Positions 9,710 through 18,618 of a DNA stretch of 64,000 bases are shown piece by piece (within the stretch, counting starts at the first letter, position 1; every line of letters begins with the position of its first letter). The notes below the pieces were generated by a model. It did not search any database, was not told the origin of the DNA, and saw only the letters and a list, made by a program, of their open reading frames with translations. Origin of the DNA: an uncultured Planctomycetota bacterium (GTDB taxonomy: Bacteria; Planctomycetota; Phycisphaerae; Tepidisphaerales; Tepidisphaeraceae); the NCBI GenBank assembly GCA_963841915.1, contig CAWJEN010000003.1, positions 209,024 to 273,023 on the forward strand. The letters run 5' to 3'. A program made the position numbers and the translations under genes.

Positions 9710-10702
9710 TCAATCCGGCCGACCGGCTAGCCGCTCCAGAATGACATCCTTTGCCTCGGGCTTCGGCACCGTCAGGTAAAGGTACTTCGAGTCGCCCTCG
9801 ACAGGCGTTGCAATGAGGTAAGGCTTCTTCGAGTCGAGCGGAGCCTGCTTCTGTGCAGCCTGCTCGTCCGTCGCCTCAATGATCTCCAGCGTGACCGGGA
9901 TCGACTCGATCAGCTCCGGGTGCGTCAACCAAAGGTCGGCCAGCGTGTCAAAGGGGTTGAAGCCGGGCGTCTGCAACCCGACGAGCCACTGTGTCAGCCA
10001 GGGTTTGCTCGTTTCAGCGATCCACTTACCGACGGCCGACGATTCGGCCAGGCTCTCCAGGTCGGCCGGTGTCAGCCAGACGTGGCTGCTGACTTCGTAG
10101 CCGGCAAAGACGATCGGCACGCCACTGTCGAGCAGGATTTGCGTTCCCTCGACGTCCTTCTCGAAGTTGGCATCCGGGAAGAAGAATTGCGGTGCTTCCT
10201 CAGGCCCGAAGCGGAAACCCTCACGCCGCGCGGCGACGATGACAAGGCTTTGCATCCGCTCGCCCAGCTCAGGATGAAGCTTGAGCACAGTCGCGACGTT
10301 CGTCACCGGCCCAAGGGCCAGCACGTGCATCGGCCGCTCTTTGAGTGCTGCGGCGAGAGCCTTCGTCGCCTCGTTCTCAACGCCAAGATCGTCCACGGAC
10401 GCAGCCCCTTCGTAGACGCCGAGCCCGTCGGGGCCGAAGTCGTCGACGACCTGATGGGCGATGGGCATCGCCTGCTCGAGAGTCGCATTGCCAAATTGCA
10501 CGCTGACGCCGTGAATCGTCAGCTCGGGCGAGTTGAACGCATAGATCATCGCCAGGCCGTCATCGACGTCGGCGTTGCGGCCGTTCTTGATCACGCCGGT
10601 CGAAGTGTCGACATCGAGCCACACGTCGATCGGCTTGTCGGCAGCACCGGCGACGCTGAAGGCGGCGAGCAGAAACAAAAGGGCGAGGCGTAAATTGACC
10701 AT
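9710..10702 (-). CDS. Inosine/uridine-preferring nucleoside hydrolase family, with signal peptide
   Basis: DVDT...DVDD Ca-binding motif, QFGN, LGPVTNVA, DANFEKD; N-terminal MVNLRLALLFLLAAFSVAGA. Confidence 0.85.
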   Translation of the reverse strand: MVNLRLALLFLLAAFSVAGAADKPIDVWLDVDTSTGVIKNGRNADVDDGLAMIYAFNSPELTIHGVSVQFGNATLEQAMPIAHQVVDDFGPDGLGVYEGAASVDDLGVENEATKALAAALKERPMHVLALGPVTNVATVLKLHPELGERMQSLVIVAARREGFRFGPEEAPQFFFPDANFEKDVEGTQILLDSGVPIVFAGYEVSSHVWLTPADLESLAESSAVGKWIAETSKPWLTQWLVGLQTPGFNPFDTLADLWLTHPELIESIPVTLEIIEATDEQAAQKQAPLDSKKPYLIATPVEGDSKYLYLTVPKPEAKDVILERLAGRPD

Positions 10703-10728
10703 CCGGCACAATAGTCAGCGGACGGGAC

Positions 10729-11784
10729 TCACTGCAGAAACGGCTCGAGCGACCCACCGACTACGGCCTTGCGAGCCGACAACAGCAGCGCGGCCCGGCG
10801 ACCCTTCGACTCTACAATCGGCAGCTGCGCCACGCCGATGAGTCGGCGGACGACTTCGCACCCGGCCACCCGCGCGAGCAGCGAGGCGTCGACATCGGCA
10901 ACTCCGTAGGCCTCGTGGAACGCGCGCACATCGACCGTCGGCCGCCCCGCGAGCAAGAGATGGCCAGTCATGATGCCGACGTCGATCGCCCGGTCACCGG
11001 CGAAGCAGAACTCAGGATCGATGACGCGAAGCCCTTGCTTCGTCCGGACGAGCGAGCCGGGAAAGAAGTCGCCGTGCAACAGGACGCTGTCACACGTCGG
11101 CTTAGCCAGGTAGGCCTGGCCCGTCGCCTTAACCGCCGCCACGAAGGCTTCGTCTGCCCGCAGCTCTTTAGCGGCTTGTGCCAAGCCGGGTTCAAGGCCG
11201 TTTAGCTCGATCATCCCGTGATCCTGCATCGGAATGTCGTAGATGTGGGCATGGTTGAGCTGCCGCATCTCGCGGTTGGCGAAGTCGTCGCCTTGCTCAC
11301 CGAGTGTCAGTTCGTGCAGCTTGCGAAGATACGTCGCCGCTGCCTGAAGCTCTTGAACAGTGATTTTGCCGCCGCTGTAGACGCTGCTGAGGTCGCTAGC
11401 TTCTCCGAGATCTTCAAGGAGAAGTGTGCGAGTCTCTGCATCGTCGCCGAGCAGTGCCGGCATGACATCTGCCACGCCGCCGTTTCCGCGAACCCGCTCG
11501 TAGAACCGCTTCTCGACGACCGCCCGGTCCCACGGAGCGGCGATCATGTCGTACTTCTCGACCCACGGCCGACTCTGTTTCAAAATCACGCTGCGGCGGT
11601 TCGTTGTGACCCGCAGCACGAGATTCATGTTCCCTTCACCGGCGATGTCGAGCTTCGTGATCGACTCGCCGTCTTGCAGATAGCCGAGCCGATGGCATAG
11701 CGCTTCGGCCGCCGATGGATCAGCCTTGTCCAGGAACGCGAAGTCGGCATGTTCGGCAGTGGCGGTTTCTCGAACGGTCGACAT
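10729..11784 (-). CDS. mtnK: 5-methylthioribose kinase-like phosphotransferase (MtnK/APH family)
   Basis: GEGNMNLVLRV, ILKQSRPWV, LLHGDFFPGS, VIDPEFCFAG, RRLIGVAQLP. Confidence 0.75.
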   Translation of the reverse strand: MSTVRETATAEHADFAFLDKADPSAAEALCHRLGYLQDGESITKLDIAGEGNMNLVLRVTTNRRSVILKQSRPWVEKYDMIAAPWDRAVVEKRFYERVRGNGGVADVMPALLGDDAETRTLLLEDLGEASDLSSVYSGGKITVQELQAAATYLRKLHELTLGEQGDDFANREMRQLNHAHIYDIPMQDHGMIELNGLEPGLAQAAKELRADEAFVAAVKATGQAYLAKPTCDSVLLHGDFFPGSLVRTKQGLRVIDPEFCFAGDRAIDVGIMTGHLLLAGRPTVDVRAFHEAYGVADVDASLLARVAGCEVVRRLIGVAQLPIVESKGRRAALLLSARKAVVGGSLEPFLQ

Positions 11785-11820
11785 GATGAAGTTCTAGGTC
11801 GCGTGCGATAAGCTGCCGGC

Positions 11821-12675
11821 GTGCCGGGCCACTTCGACAGCATCGGTTTTCCGGCCGACGACGCCTCTGCCCTCGACCTGTTCGTCAAGCGGGCCATGGC
11901 CGAGGGGGACCAACTTGAGGTCATCGGCGCAGATCCCGGCTGGGGTGGTCGGTACATCGGCTGGGACGCCGGCGACGGGGCCATGCTTTGGGTCAGCATC
12001 AACGAGAAGGGCGAGCGGACGAGCGTCGACCCGCATTACGCCGGCCGCGGCAGGGCCAATGTCGCGCTCGAACGCAGCTACGACTACGAACAGGCACCAC
12101 CGGCCGGTGGCGTCTTCGTCTACGTTGCCGTCGGCTCCGAGGAGGAGACTAAAGCCGGCCTCGACTTACCGGCTTTTGCCCGCTTCTACGACATGGCATG
12201 TGACCTTGACGGCAACGCGCTGGTGCAGATCGCTGCCTTCTGTCACGGCGGTGAGACGTTCGACTCCATCGAGGCTTACGACGCTGCCGTCGCCGAAGAT
12301 GCCAAGGACAACCCGCACCTCAACTTCGCCGCCGAATCGTTCTTGCCGATCGGCCTCATGAGTGACGGCGAACTTCCACCGGCGACGGCCAGAATCAGCG
12401 GCACTATTCTAGAAGTTCGCCGCCTGACCAACCGCTGGACGCAGCGGCCTTACTGGGCGGTCCTGGTCAAAACAGTCGGCATGACGGTCGATGTTGTAGC
12501 CGACGACGACCAGCTGACCGGCGAGCCGATCGTCGGCGGCATCGTGGCCGGCTCGTTCTGGCTCTCGGCCATGCCGGCCGACGGCCCCATCAACGCAAAC
12601 GTTGCGGCCATCAACGACGCAACCGCCGCAGTACCGCCGCAAATCACGATCACGAGCCTCGGCGACGAACCTTGA
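11821..12675 (+). CDS. Conserved hypothetical protein (DUF3881-like C-terminus)
   Basis: N-terminal HFDSIGF; C-terminal 'GTILEV...N..T...DVV...LTGEPIVGGIVAGSFWLS'. Family resemblance is from memory only. Confidence 0.55.
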   Translation: MPGHFDSIGFPADDASALDLFVKRAMAEGDQLEVIGADPGWGGRYIGWDAGDGAMLWVSINEKGERTSVDPHYAGRGRANVALERSYDYEQAPPAGGVFVYVAVGSEEETKAGLDLPAFARFYDMACDLDGNALVQIAAFCHGGETFDSIEAYDAAVAEDAKDNPHLNFAAESFLPIGLMSDGELPPATARISGTILEVRRLTNRWTQRPYWAVLVKTVGMTVDVVADDDQLTGEPIVGGIVAGSFWLSAMPADGPINANVAAINDATAAVPPQITITSLGDEP

Positions 12676-12681
12676 GCATCT

Positions 12682-13437
12682 TCACGGCTGCAGCCGGACC
12701 ACCGCTGCGATGCCGTCCTTTTCAAGCGTCAACGCAAGGACGAGCGGCCTGCCCCGCGTGTCGCATCGCAGCGTCGGGTCGAGCCGGCGGAGATGGTTCA
12801 TCGAGAATCCGACCGGCAACATCAACCCGTCGACGGCTAACTCTGCGCTGCCGCCGTTGGCAGCGAACGGCTTGAGGTAGAACCATGTGGCGTCGCCGAC
12901 AATCGTTTTCCTGACCGCTGTCTGGCTTCGGCTCCAAGCGATTGCTCCCAAGCCGGCCGTTGCGACGACGGTGACCGCCAAGCCGATGATCCACCGCCTG
13001 CCGGCGAACGTCACGCATGCTGCACAGGCCGCCGCGGCGATGGCGGCGATGACAACCCGCTCGTTCATCGGCCGCTGTGGCTTCCACGACAACACGCCGT
13101 CGTACGCCCTCGGCTCGACCGTGTGCACCTCATGCTCAACCGGCAGCACCTCCACGTCGAGTGCAGTCGCTTCATCCGCGAGCGTCACGAGCCACGGCGA
13201 CGTTACATCCGGCGGCACCAAAAGCGGCACCACCACCGTTCCGCCTGCGTGCGGCCACGTTGTCGTCGATCCTGCTCCGCCATACAGCGTGAGCTGGCCC
13301 GTTGTTGCCTGTGAAACTTCTATCGCCGCGTACCTGCCGGGCGTGATGGCGGTGTCGAGCAGACGCAACTCTACCCCGCCGGCCGAAACGGCTGAGAGAG
13401 CGAGCGTCATCAGCACAAGCCTGAGCGACACCTTCAC
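12682..13437 (-). CDS. Hypothetical membrane protein (signal peptide plus 2 TM)
   Basis: GTG 13437 overlaps the stop of the upstream gene (GTGA coupling); hydrophobic N-terminus and two internal TM segments. Confidence 0.6.
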   Translation of the reverse strand: MKVSLRLVLMTLALSAVSAGGVELRLLDTAITPGRYAAIEVSQATTGQLTLYGGAGSTTTWPHAGGTVVVPLLVPPDVTSPWLVTLADEATALDVEVLPVEHEVHTVEPRAYDGVLSWKPQRPMNERVVIAAIAAAACAACVTFAGRRWIIGLAVTVVATAGLGAIAWSRSQTAVRKTIVGDATWFYLKPFAANGGSAELAVDGLMLPVGFSMNHLRRLDPTLRCDTRGRPLVLALTLEKDGIAAVVRLQP

Positions 13438-15407
13438 ATCTCCAGTCGCGTCGCCAGACGCAGTATCTCGGCCACGCTCCATGCCGAGGCAAAGCAACCG
13501 CCGGGGCGGTACGGGTGCTCGCCGTCGAAGATTTCGCTGACACTCCCGACGCAGCCATTGTCTTCGAGCTGCTCGATAAGCGGCCTCAGCCACGTGCGTG
13601 CCCGCCGAATGCTGGCAGCGTCGTTGCCTTGAATGCGCAGGTGCGCGTCGAGGAACGGCCCGATCAGCCAAGGCCTGACGCTGCCGTTGTTGGCCGCACG
13701 GGCTCGCTCGGCTTCCGAGCCTGTGAAGCGAGGCACGTAATTCTTGTCGTCGCGAGACAGGGTCCGAAGACCGAACGGCGTGAGCAAGTGCCTGCGGACG
13801 ACATCGACCGTGACCTGCTGTGCCTCTTCGCATAGGGGCGAGTGCGGCAGGCTGACGGCGAAGATTTGATTCGGCCGTAGCGTCTCGTCCCGCTCATAGG
13901 TGCCGGGCGTGCCTCTCACGACATCCGCCAAGCCGCGGCGGTCGGGAAGTATGAAAGCCTCGGCAAAAGACGTCTGCACGCGCGCGGCTTCCTCTTCGAG
14001 CCCGAGCAGCACCAGCGCGTTGTACCACAGCGCGTTGAGCTCGACGGCTTTGCCGTGACGCGGCGTGAAGACGATGTCGCCGTCGCTGGTGTCCATCCAA
14101 GTGAGCGCGTTGGTCTCGTCACCGGCTTGAAGCAAGCCATCGGCAGGATCAACCTTGATGCCGATGTCGCTTCCGGCTTGATACCCCTCCACGACGCCCT
14201 CGCAAGCCGGTCGGAGCAGGGCGTCGAAGGTGTCGTGGTCCTTCGTTGCCCGCAGGTAGGCGAAGGCGGCATTGATGAACCACAAGCTCGCGTCGGCGGT
14301 GTCGTAGAGCGGCTCGTGTGTGCTGGCCACGAAGTGATTCGGGATCATGCCGTCGCTTGCGTACTGGGCGAAGGTGCTAAGCACCTGCCCGGCGACGTCG
14401 TGTCGACCCGTTGCCAGTAGCAGGCCCGGCAGGGCGATGAACGTGTCACGGCCCCAGTCGGTCGGCCAGGGGTAGCCTGCCAGGATCGTCGTGCCGGGCA
14501 TGCCATCCGGTCGCCGACGCTTGACGACGAAGTCTGCCGCGGCCCGATGCAGCCGCCGCTGCGTCTGCGTCGGCGCCGGGTTCCTATGCAGCCCTGCCCG
14601 GCGACGCTGCTGTTCCCGGTGCAAGTCGAGCTCGGAAAGGTCGTCGACGCCGATCCAGAACGTCACGCTGTCGCCGGCGTCGGCATCAGGCTGAAACTTG
14701 AAAGAGCCTGGCAGAAACAGGTCTTCGCGGTCGTCCATGCCCCGCAGTCGTTCGAGCGGATACGTGTGCGCGTACCACCAATCCGGCGTCGCCTCGAACG
14801 GTGCATTGTTGTCGGCCACACGGATACGGCAAGATGCGGACTGCGTCGTAACCCACACGCCGTCGGCCGTCTCGGCGACGTGGAAGCTGGCGTCGCTGGA
14901 ATGCCTCAGATCGTGATGTCGCCGAAGCGACAGGAACGGCGACAGTCGCAAGCTCAGCGGCCCGTCGTGCCCCGGTGCCGGAACAAGGCGATATGTCAGC
15001 GCCACCGCATTGCGGTGCCAAGCGACGAAGAGCGACTTAAACACCTTGTGTCCGTCGGCGTCGAACTCCCAAGTGGCAACGTCTTCTTTGAGCGAAAAAC
15101 GTCGCAGATACTCCGGTCCATCACCGGCGATGTTGCCTCGCATGTGGCTGGCCCACAGTGCATGCTCCTTGGCCTCGTCGACCAGGGTACATCCCCAACG
15201 GTTGGTCGTGACCACCCGGCCCAGCGGCGGACTCGTCGCGGCGACAAGCGTGCCGTGATAGCGGCGTGTATTGACATCCGCCACCGTTCCGCACGCGTAG
15301 CCGCCGAGGCCGTTCGTCAGTAGCCACTCGCGTCGGACGCTCGGAATGACCTCGCCGTAGGTCTCAATCGCGTAGGCGTCATCCGCGTCGTTGCCCAGAC
15401 GAAACAT
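13434..15407 (-). CDS. Glycogen debranching enzyme / amylo-alpha-1,6-glucosidase (GDE_N + GDE_C)
   Basis: REWLLTNGLGGYA, TRRYHG, AGYPW..WGRDTFI, LTWMD, GKAVELNALW, LRPNQ, SEIFDG, AWSVAE. Confidence 0.9.
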   Translation of the reverse strand: MFRLGNDADDAYAIETYGEVIPSVRREWLLTNGLGGYACGTVADVNTRRYHGTLVAATSPPLGRVVTTNRWGCTLVDEAKEHALWASHMRGNIAGDGPEYLRRFSLKEDVATWEFDADGHKVFKSLFVAWHRNAVALTYRLVPAPGHDGPLSLRLSPFLSLRRHHDLRHSSDASFHVAETADGVWVTTQSASCRIRVADNNAPFEATPDWWYAHTYPLERLRGMDDREDLFLPGSFKFQPDADAGDSVTFWIGVDDLSELDLHREQQRRRAGLHRNPAPTQTQRRLHRAAADFVVKRRRPDGMPGTTILAGYPWPTDWGRDTFIALPGLLLATGRHDVAGQVLSTFAQYASDGMIPNHFVASTHEPLYDTADASLWFINAAFAYLRATKDHDTFDALLRPACEGVVEGYQAGSDIGIKVDPADGLLQAGDETNALTWMDTSDGDIVFTPRHGKAVELNALWYNALVLLGLEEEAARVQTSFAEAFILPDRRGLADVVRGTPGTYERDETLRPNQIFAVSLPHSPLCEEAQQVTVDVVRRHLLTPFGLRTLSRDDKNYVPRFTGSEAERARAANNGSVRPWLIGPFLDAHLRIQGNDAASIRRARTWLRPLIEQLEDNGCVGSVSEIFDGEHPYRPGGCFASAWSVAEILRLATRLEM

Positions 15408-16443
15408 CACCATCAGCGTAGCCGCCTGCAGCCGGGTCGACATTTGGCGACGGCTTCAACGACACCGCCAGCACGACGTCGTTGATCCTGACGTCCAGCA
15501 CCTTTGCCTGACTCGTCGTCAGTGCCGCCGCATCGGACGCAGCCGTGGCCTGGAATTGCCCGTCGGCAATCACGGCAAGCACCTGCCGTGTCGGCTCTGG
15601 CGGTGCAGCGATTGAGGCAACCTCGACCTGCCGCATCTCCTTCGACACGCGACAATCGGCAAGCCGGCACTCCAGCGCCGGACCGGCGTCGAAGATGTCG
15701 ACGCGGTTGTCGAAGGTGAAACCTTCAGCCTCTAACACACGCCTGGCAGGGGCTGCATCGGGATGCTCAACGCCAATAACCTGCTGTGCCGCCTTGGGCA
15801 GCATGTCGATGTAGATTGGGTGGTCCGGCATCAGGTCAGCGATGATCTTCTTCTCACGCACGCTGAGGTGATCCGCCTCGCGGAACGTGACGCCAAAAAA
15901 GTGCCTTCCTACCGCGTTCCAGAACGGACTATCGCCGTCAGGGTCGACGACTCCGCGTACTTCGGCGACGAGCCGTTCGTCAAAAGCTGCCGGCCGTGAC
16001 GCGGCAAACAGCAGCCGAGCGACTGTCAACACACGTCCCAAGCCCTTACCGCGGGCCTCTGGGTGCAGGAACAGGCCGCCCAATTCTGCCGGGCCGCTGT
16101 GGTCTTCAGCCAAATGCAGGCTCTTGACGACACGATCAACACCGAGCGCGTCGCTTTGATACCGCTCGTCGCGAACTTCGTAGCTGTAGAACGGGTCGAA
16201 TCCACCGGTCTTGGACTGCACGCTGGCCGTGCCGACGAGGCGGCCGTCGACCTCAAGCACGAGGACGAACGTCTGCCCACCGGGCCGATCCTGGCTTTGG
16301 GAGAAGGCGAATCGGCTCTCTTCGAGTCGTCGAGCAAGGCTTTGCCGGTCGTGGGTGAGCGTCGTGATCTCACCACCGGCGAGGTTGACGAGCTCGAGCA
16401 AGTTGTCGAGGTCGTCTGTTGTCGCTGGCCGAACAAGCACCAT
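15379..16443 (-). CDS. astA: Arginine N-succinyltransferase
   Basis: MVLVRPA..DL, ELGGLFLHP, AEVRGV..GDSPFW, F.EAD, IADLMPDHPIY, VDIFDAGP. The real start is about 16443, not 16965. Confidence 0.88.
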   Translation of the reverse strand: MVLVRPATTDDLDNLLELVNLAGGEITTLTHDRQSLARRLEESRFAFSQSQDRPGGQTFVLVLEVDGRLVGTASVQSKTGGFDPFYSYEVRDERYQSDALGVDRVVKSLHLAEDHSGPAELGGLFLHPEARGKGLGRVLTVARLLFAASRPAAFDERLVAEVRGVVDPDGDSPFWNAVGRHFFGVTFREADHLSVREKKIIADLMPDHPIYIDMLPKAAQQVIGVEHPDAAPARRVLEAEGFTFDNRVDIFDAGPALECRLADCRVSKEMRQVEVASIAAPPEPTRQVLAVIADGQFQATAASDAAALTTSQAKVLDVRINDVVLAVSLKPSPNVDPAAGGYADGDVSSGQRRG

Positions 16444-16498
16444 GGCCGCAGTGTCGGCTTCGGTCACCGATGTGCAACTGCTTGGGCGAAGACGCCGT

Positions 16499-17473
16499 TC
16501 AGCGGTTGGTGACGACGTTGCTGATGATCGGGCGACCCGTCGAGCTTGTGTTCCGCATCGTGTTGCTGATGGCCGAGTTCCCGACGAAACTGACGACCGG
16601 TACACGGATAAACCCGCTTCCGACCTCGAACCCGTAGCCGAAGCCGTACCCGGCGTCATACCGGCCGTAGCCACTGTGACCGCCGTAGCCGCCGTAGCCG
16701 CCGTAGCCGCCGGTTCGCGGCTGGGAAGCGGCCCGGCGGGCAAAGTCGATGGCAAGATCTGCCGCCTGCTCGGCACTACGGGCGTAAATAAATGCAGCAG
16801 TCGCATCCGCAGACGCCACGGCGGCCGCCCGCTCCAGGGCTGCAAGCTCGCCGTCGGTCCGCAATGCTGTGCTGAGCTTAATCTTGGCGTCCTGAAGCTG
16901 CCGTGTCGCCGCCTCGAAGGTCGCCTTGGCATCGGCCACTGCTTCGCTGTTGCTGAGCACCTCACGCTCGAGATTGGATTGCTGCTGGTCGTAGTACAAC
17001 GCCTCGCGCGCCATCGTGTCGATCATCGACGCCGAGGGCGAGGCATTGTCGGCGTGCAGTTGCTCAATCTGCCGATCCATCCGATCGGCCAGCGTTCCCA
17101 CTGCGATGTAGTCCGGGTTGTCAGCCAGCGAACTGATGGCCTCGCTCCGGGCGCGTGTCAAGGCGATGGCCGCCTGACGGACGTCGCGCTCGGCGGCGTC
17201 GACGGCCGGCTGCTCGCGCTGAGTGATCGCCTCCTGTCGAGCCTCGACAGCACGATCGGCCTCGTCTGCGACCAGCTGAAGCTGCACCGCGTTTGCCCGA
17301 GCGGACGGCACCGCGGCGACAAGCTGCGTCGGGAACACGTCAGATGCCTGAGCGTCCCGACCGGTGGCCGGGAGCTCTTCCTTCCAAAAGGGTGACTGGC
17401 TCGTCGGCTGCGTCTGCGCCTTTGCGGCAGACGGAAGCGCGATGAGGAACACGGCAATGGCAACATGCTTCAT
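16499..17473 (-). CDS. Hypothetical secreted coiled-coil protein with Gly/Tyr-rich tail
   Basis: Signal peptide MKHVAIAVFLIALPSAAKA, Ala/Gln-rich helices, GGYGGYGGYGG repeat. Confidence 0.7.
   Translation of the reverse strand: MKHVAIAVFLIALPSAAKAQTQPTSQSPFWKEELPATGRDAQASDVFPTQLVAAVPSARANAVQLQLVADEADRAVEARQEAITQREQPAVDAAERDVRQAAIALTRARSEAISSLADNPDYIAVGTLADRMDRQIEQLHADNASPSASMIDTMAREALYYDQQQSNLEREVLSNSEAVADAKATFEAATRQLQDAKIKLSTALRTDGELAALERAAAVASADATAAFIYARSAEQAADLAIDFARRAASQPRTGGYGGYGGYGGHSGYGRYDAGYGFGYGFEVGSGFIRVPVVSFVGNSAISNTMRNTSSTGRPIISNVVTNR
16682..16711. repeat. Tandem 9-bp repeat (GCCGTAGCC)x3 encoding GGY repeats
   Basis: Read directly from the sequence. Confidence 0.85.
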
Positions 17474-17570
17474 GAGGTGACCTTGTATCAGTCCAGACAC
17501 CTTAAACGCTCCCGGGTTGCACGTCGCCGCCACTTTGTCCGGCGGCCTCACGTGGCCCTAACGTGCAGCC

Positions 17571-18608
17571 ATGCCCGATCAACAAGCGATGGATCTGCCG
17601 TTTCTCAAGCAGCTTTCGGAAGTCAGTGGCGTTCCTGGACGTGAGGAACGGGTGCGAGATCTGCTCAAGCCGAAGTTCGACGATGTCTTCGATGAAGTAT
17701 CTGTCGACGTCATGGGCAGCCTGATCGGCGTGAAGAAGAACCCCGGCAAGCCGCGCATCCTGATCTCGTGTCACATCGACGAGATCGGCTTCTACGTCCG
17801 CCACATCGACGACCGCGGCTTCGTCCGCATCCAGAACGTCGGCGGTTTCGACACGCGCAACCTGCTGGCACGCCGCGTCACCATCATGGCCAAGAGCGGT
17901 GACCTGCCCGGCGTCATGAACCCGGGCGGCCGGCCGATTCACATCGCAAAGGAAGAAGACAAGAAGAAGATTCCCGAGATCGGCGAGTTCATCATCGATC
18001 TGGGGCTGCCGGGTGATGTTGTCAAGGAGAAGGTCAAGATCGGCGACCCGGTGACGCTCGTCGCGGAGTTTAGCGAGATCGGCGAGACCGTTGTCGGCAA
18101 GTGCATGGACAACCGCATCGCCGCGTGGGTTGTCCTCGAGGCGCTGAAGCGGGCGCCGTCACCGAACTACGAGGTGATTTTGGCTGCGACGGTGCAGGAA
18201 GAGGTGGGCCTGCGAGGTGCTGGACCGGTCGCCTTTGCAACGGAGCCGGACCTCGCCATTGCACTTGACACAACGCTCTGCGTCGATACGCCCGGCGTTC
18301 CGGATGAAGAGCGGGTCACGCAACAAGGCAAGGGCGTCGCGCTCAAGGTGCTCGACGGCAGCTCGATCAGCAACCGCGGGTTCATCGATGAGCTCGCCGC
18401 CGCCGCCGATGCCAAGGGTGTGCCGTACCAGTACAGCGTCCTGCCGCGAGGTGGCACGGATGCCGGGGCCATCCAGCGGAGTCGCGGCGGCGTCAAAACG
18501 GCAACCCTTGCCGTCCCGACGCGGAACATTCACACCGTGACGGAGATGATCCACAAGGACGACCTGCAGAGCGCGATCAATCTGATCGCGGCCTGGCTCG
18601 AGGCGTAG
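17571..18608 (+). CDS. M42 family (TET-like) aminopeptidase
   Basis: GVPGREE, CHIDEIG, MDNR, VQEEVGLRGA, IALD, GGTDAG, IHT. Confidence 0.93.
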   Translation: MPDQQAMDLPFLKQLSEVSGVPGREERVRDLLKPKFDDVFDEVSVDVMGSLIGVKKNPGKPRILISCHIDEIGFYVRHIDDRGFVRIQNVGGFDTRNLLARRVTIMAKSGDLPGVMNPGGRPIHIAKEEDKKKIPEIGEFIIDLGLPGDVVKEKVKIGDPVTLVAEFSEIGETVVGKCMDNRIAAWVVLEALKRAPSPNYEVILAATVQEEVGLRGAGPVAFATEPDLAIALDTTLCVDTPGVPDEERVTQQGKGVALKVLDGSSISNRGFIDELAAAADAKGVPYQYSVLPRGGTDAGAIQRSRGGVKTATLAVPTRNIHTVTEMIHKDDLQSAINLIAAWLEA

Positions 18609-18618
18609 CAGTCAAAAG

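Noticed and set aside
15379..16965. 528-aa AstA with a long N-terminal extension (similarly gdhA 597 aa and the 742-aa LEPR protein)
   Set aside because: The extensions overlap neighbouring genes or UTRs; real starts are about 16443, 51446 and 44216.
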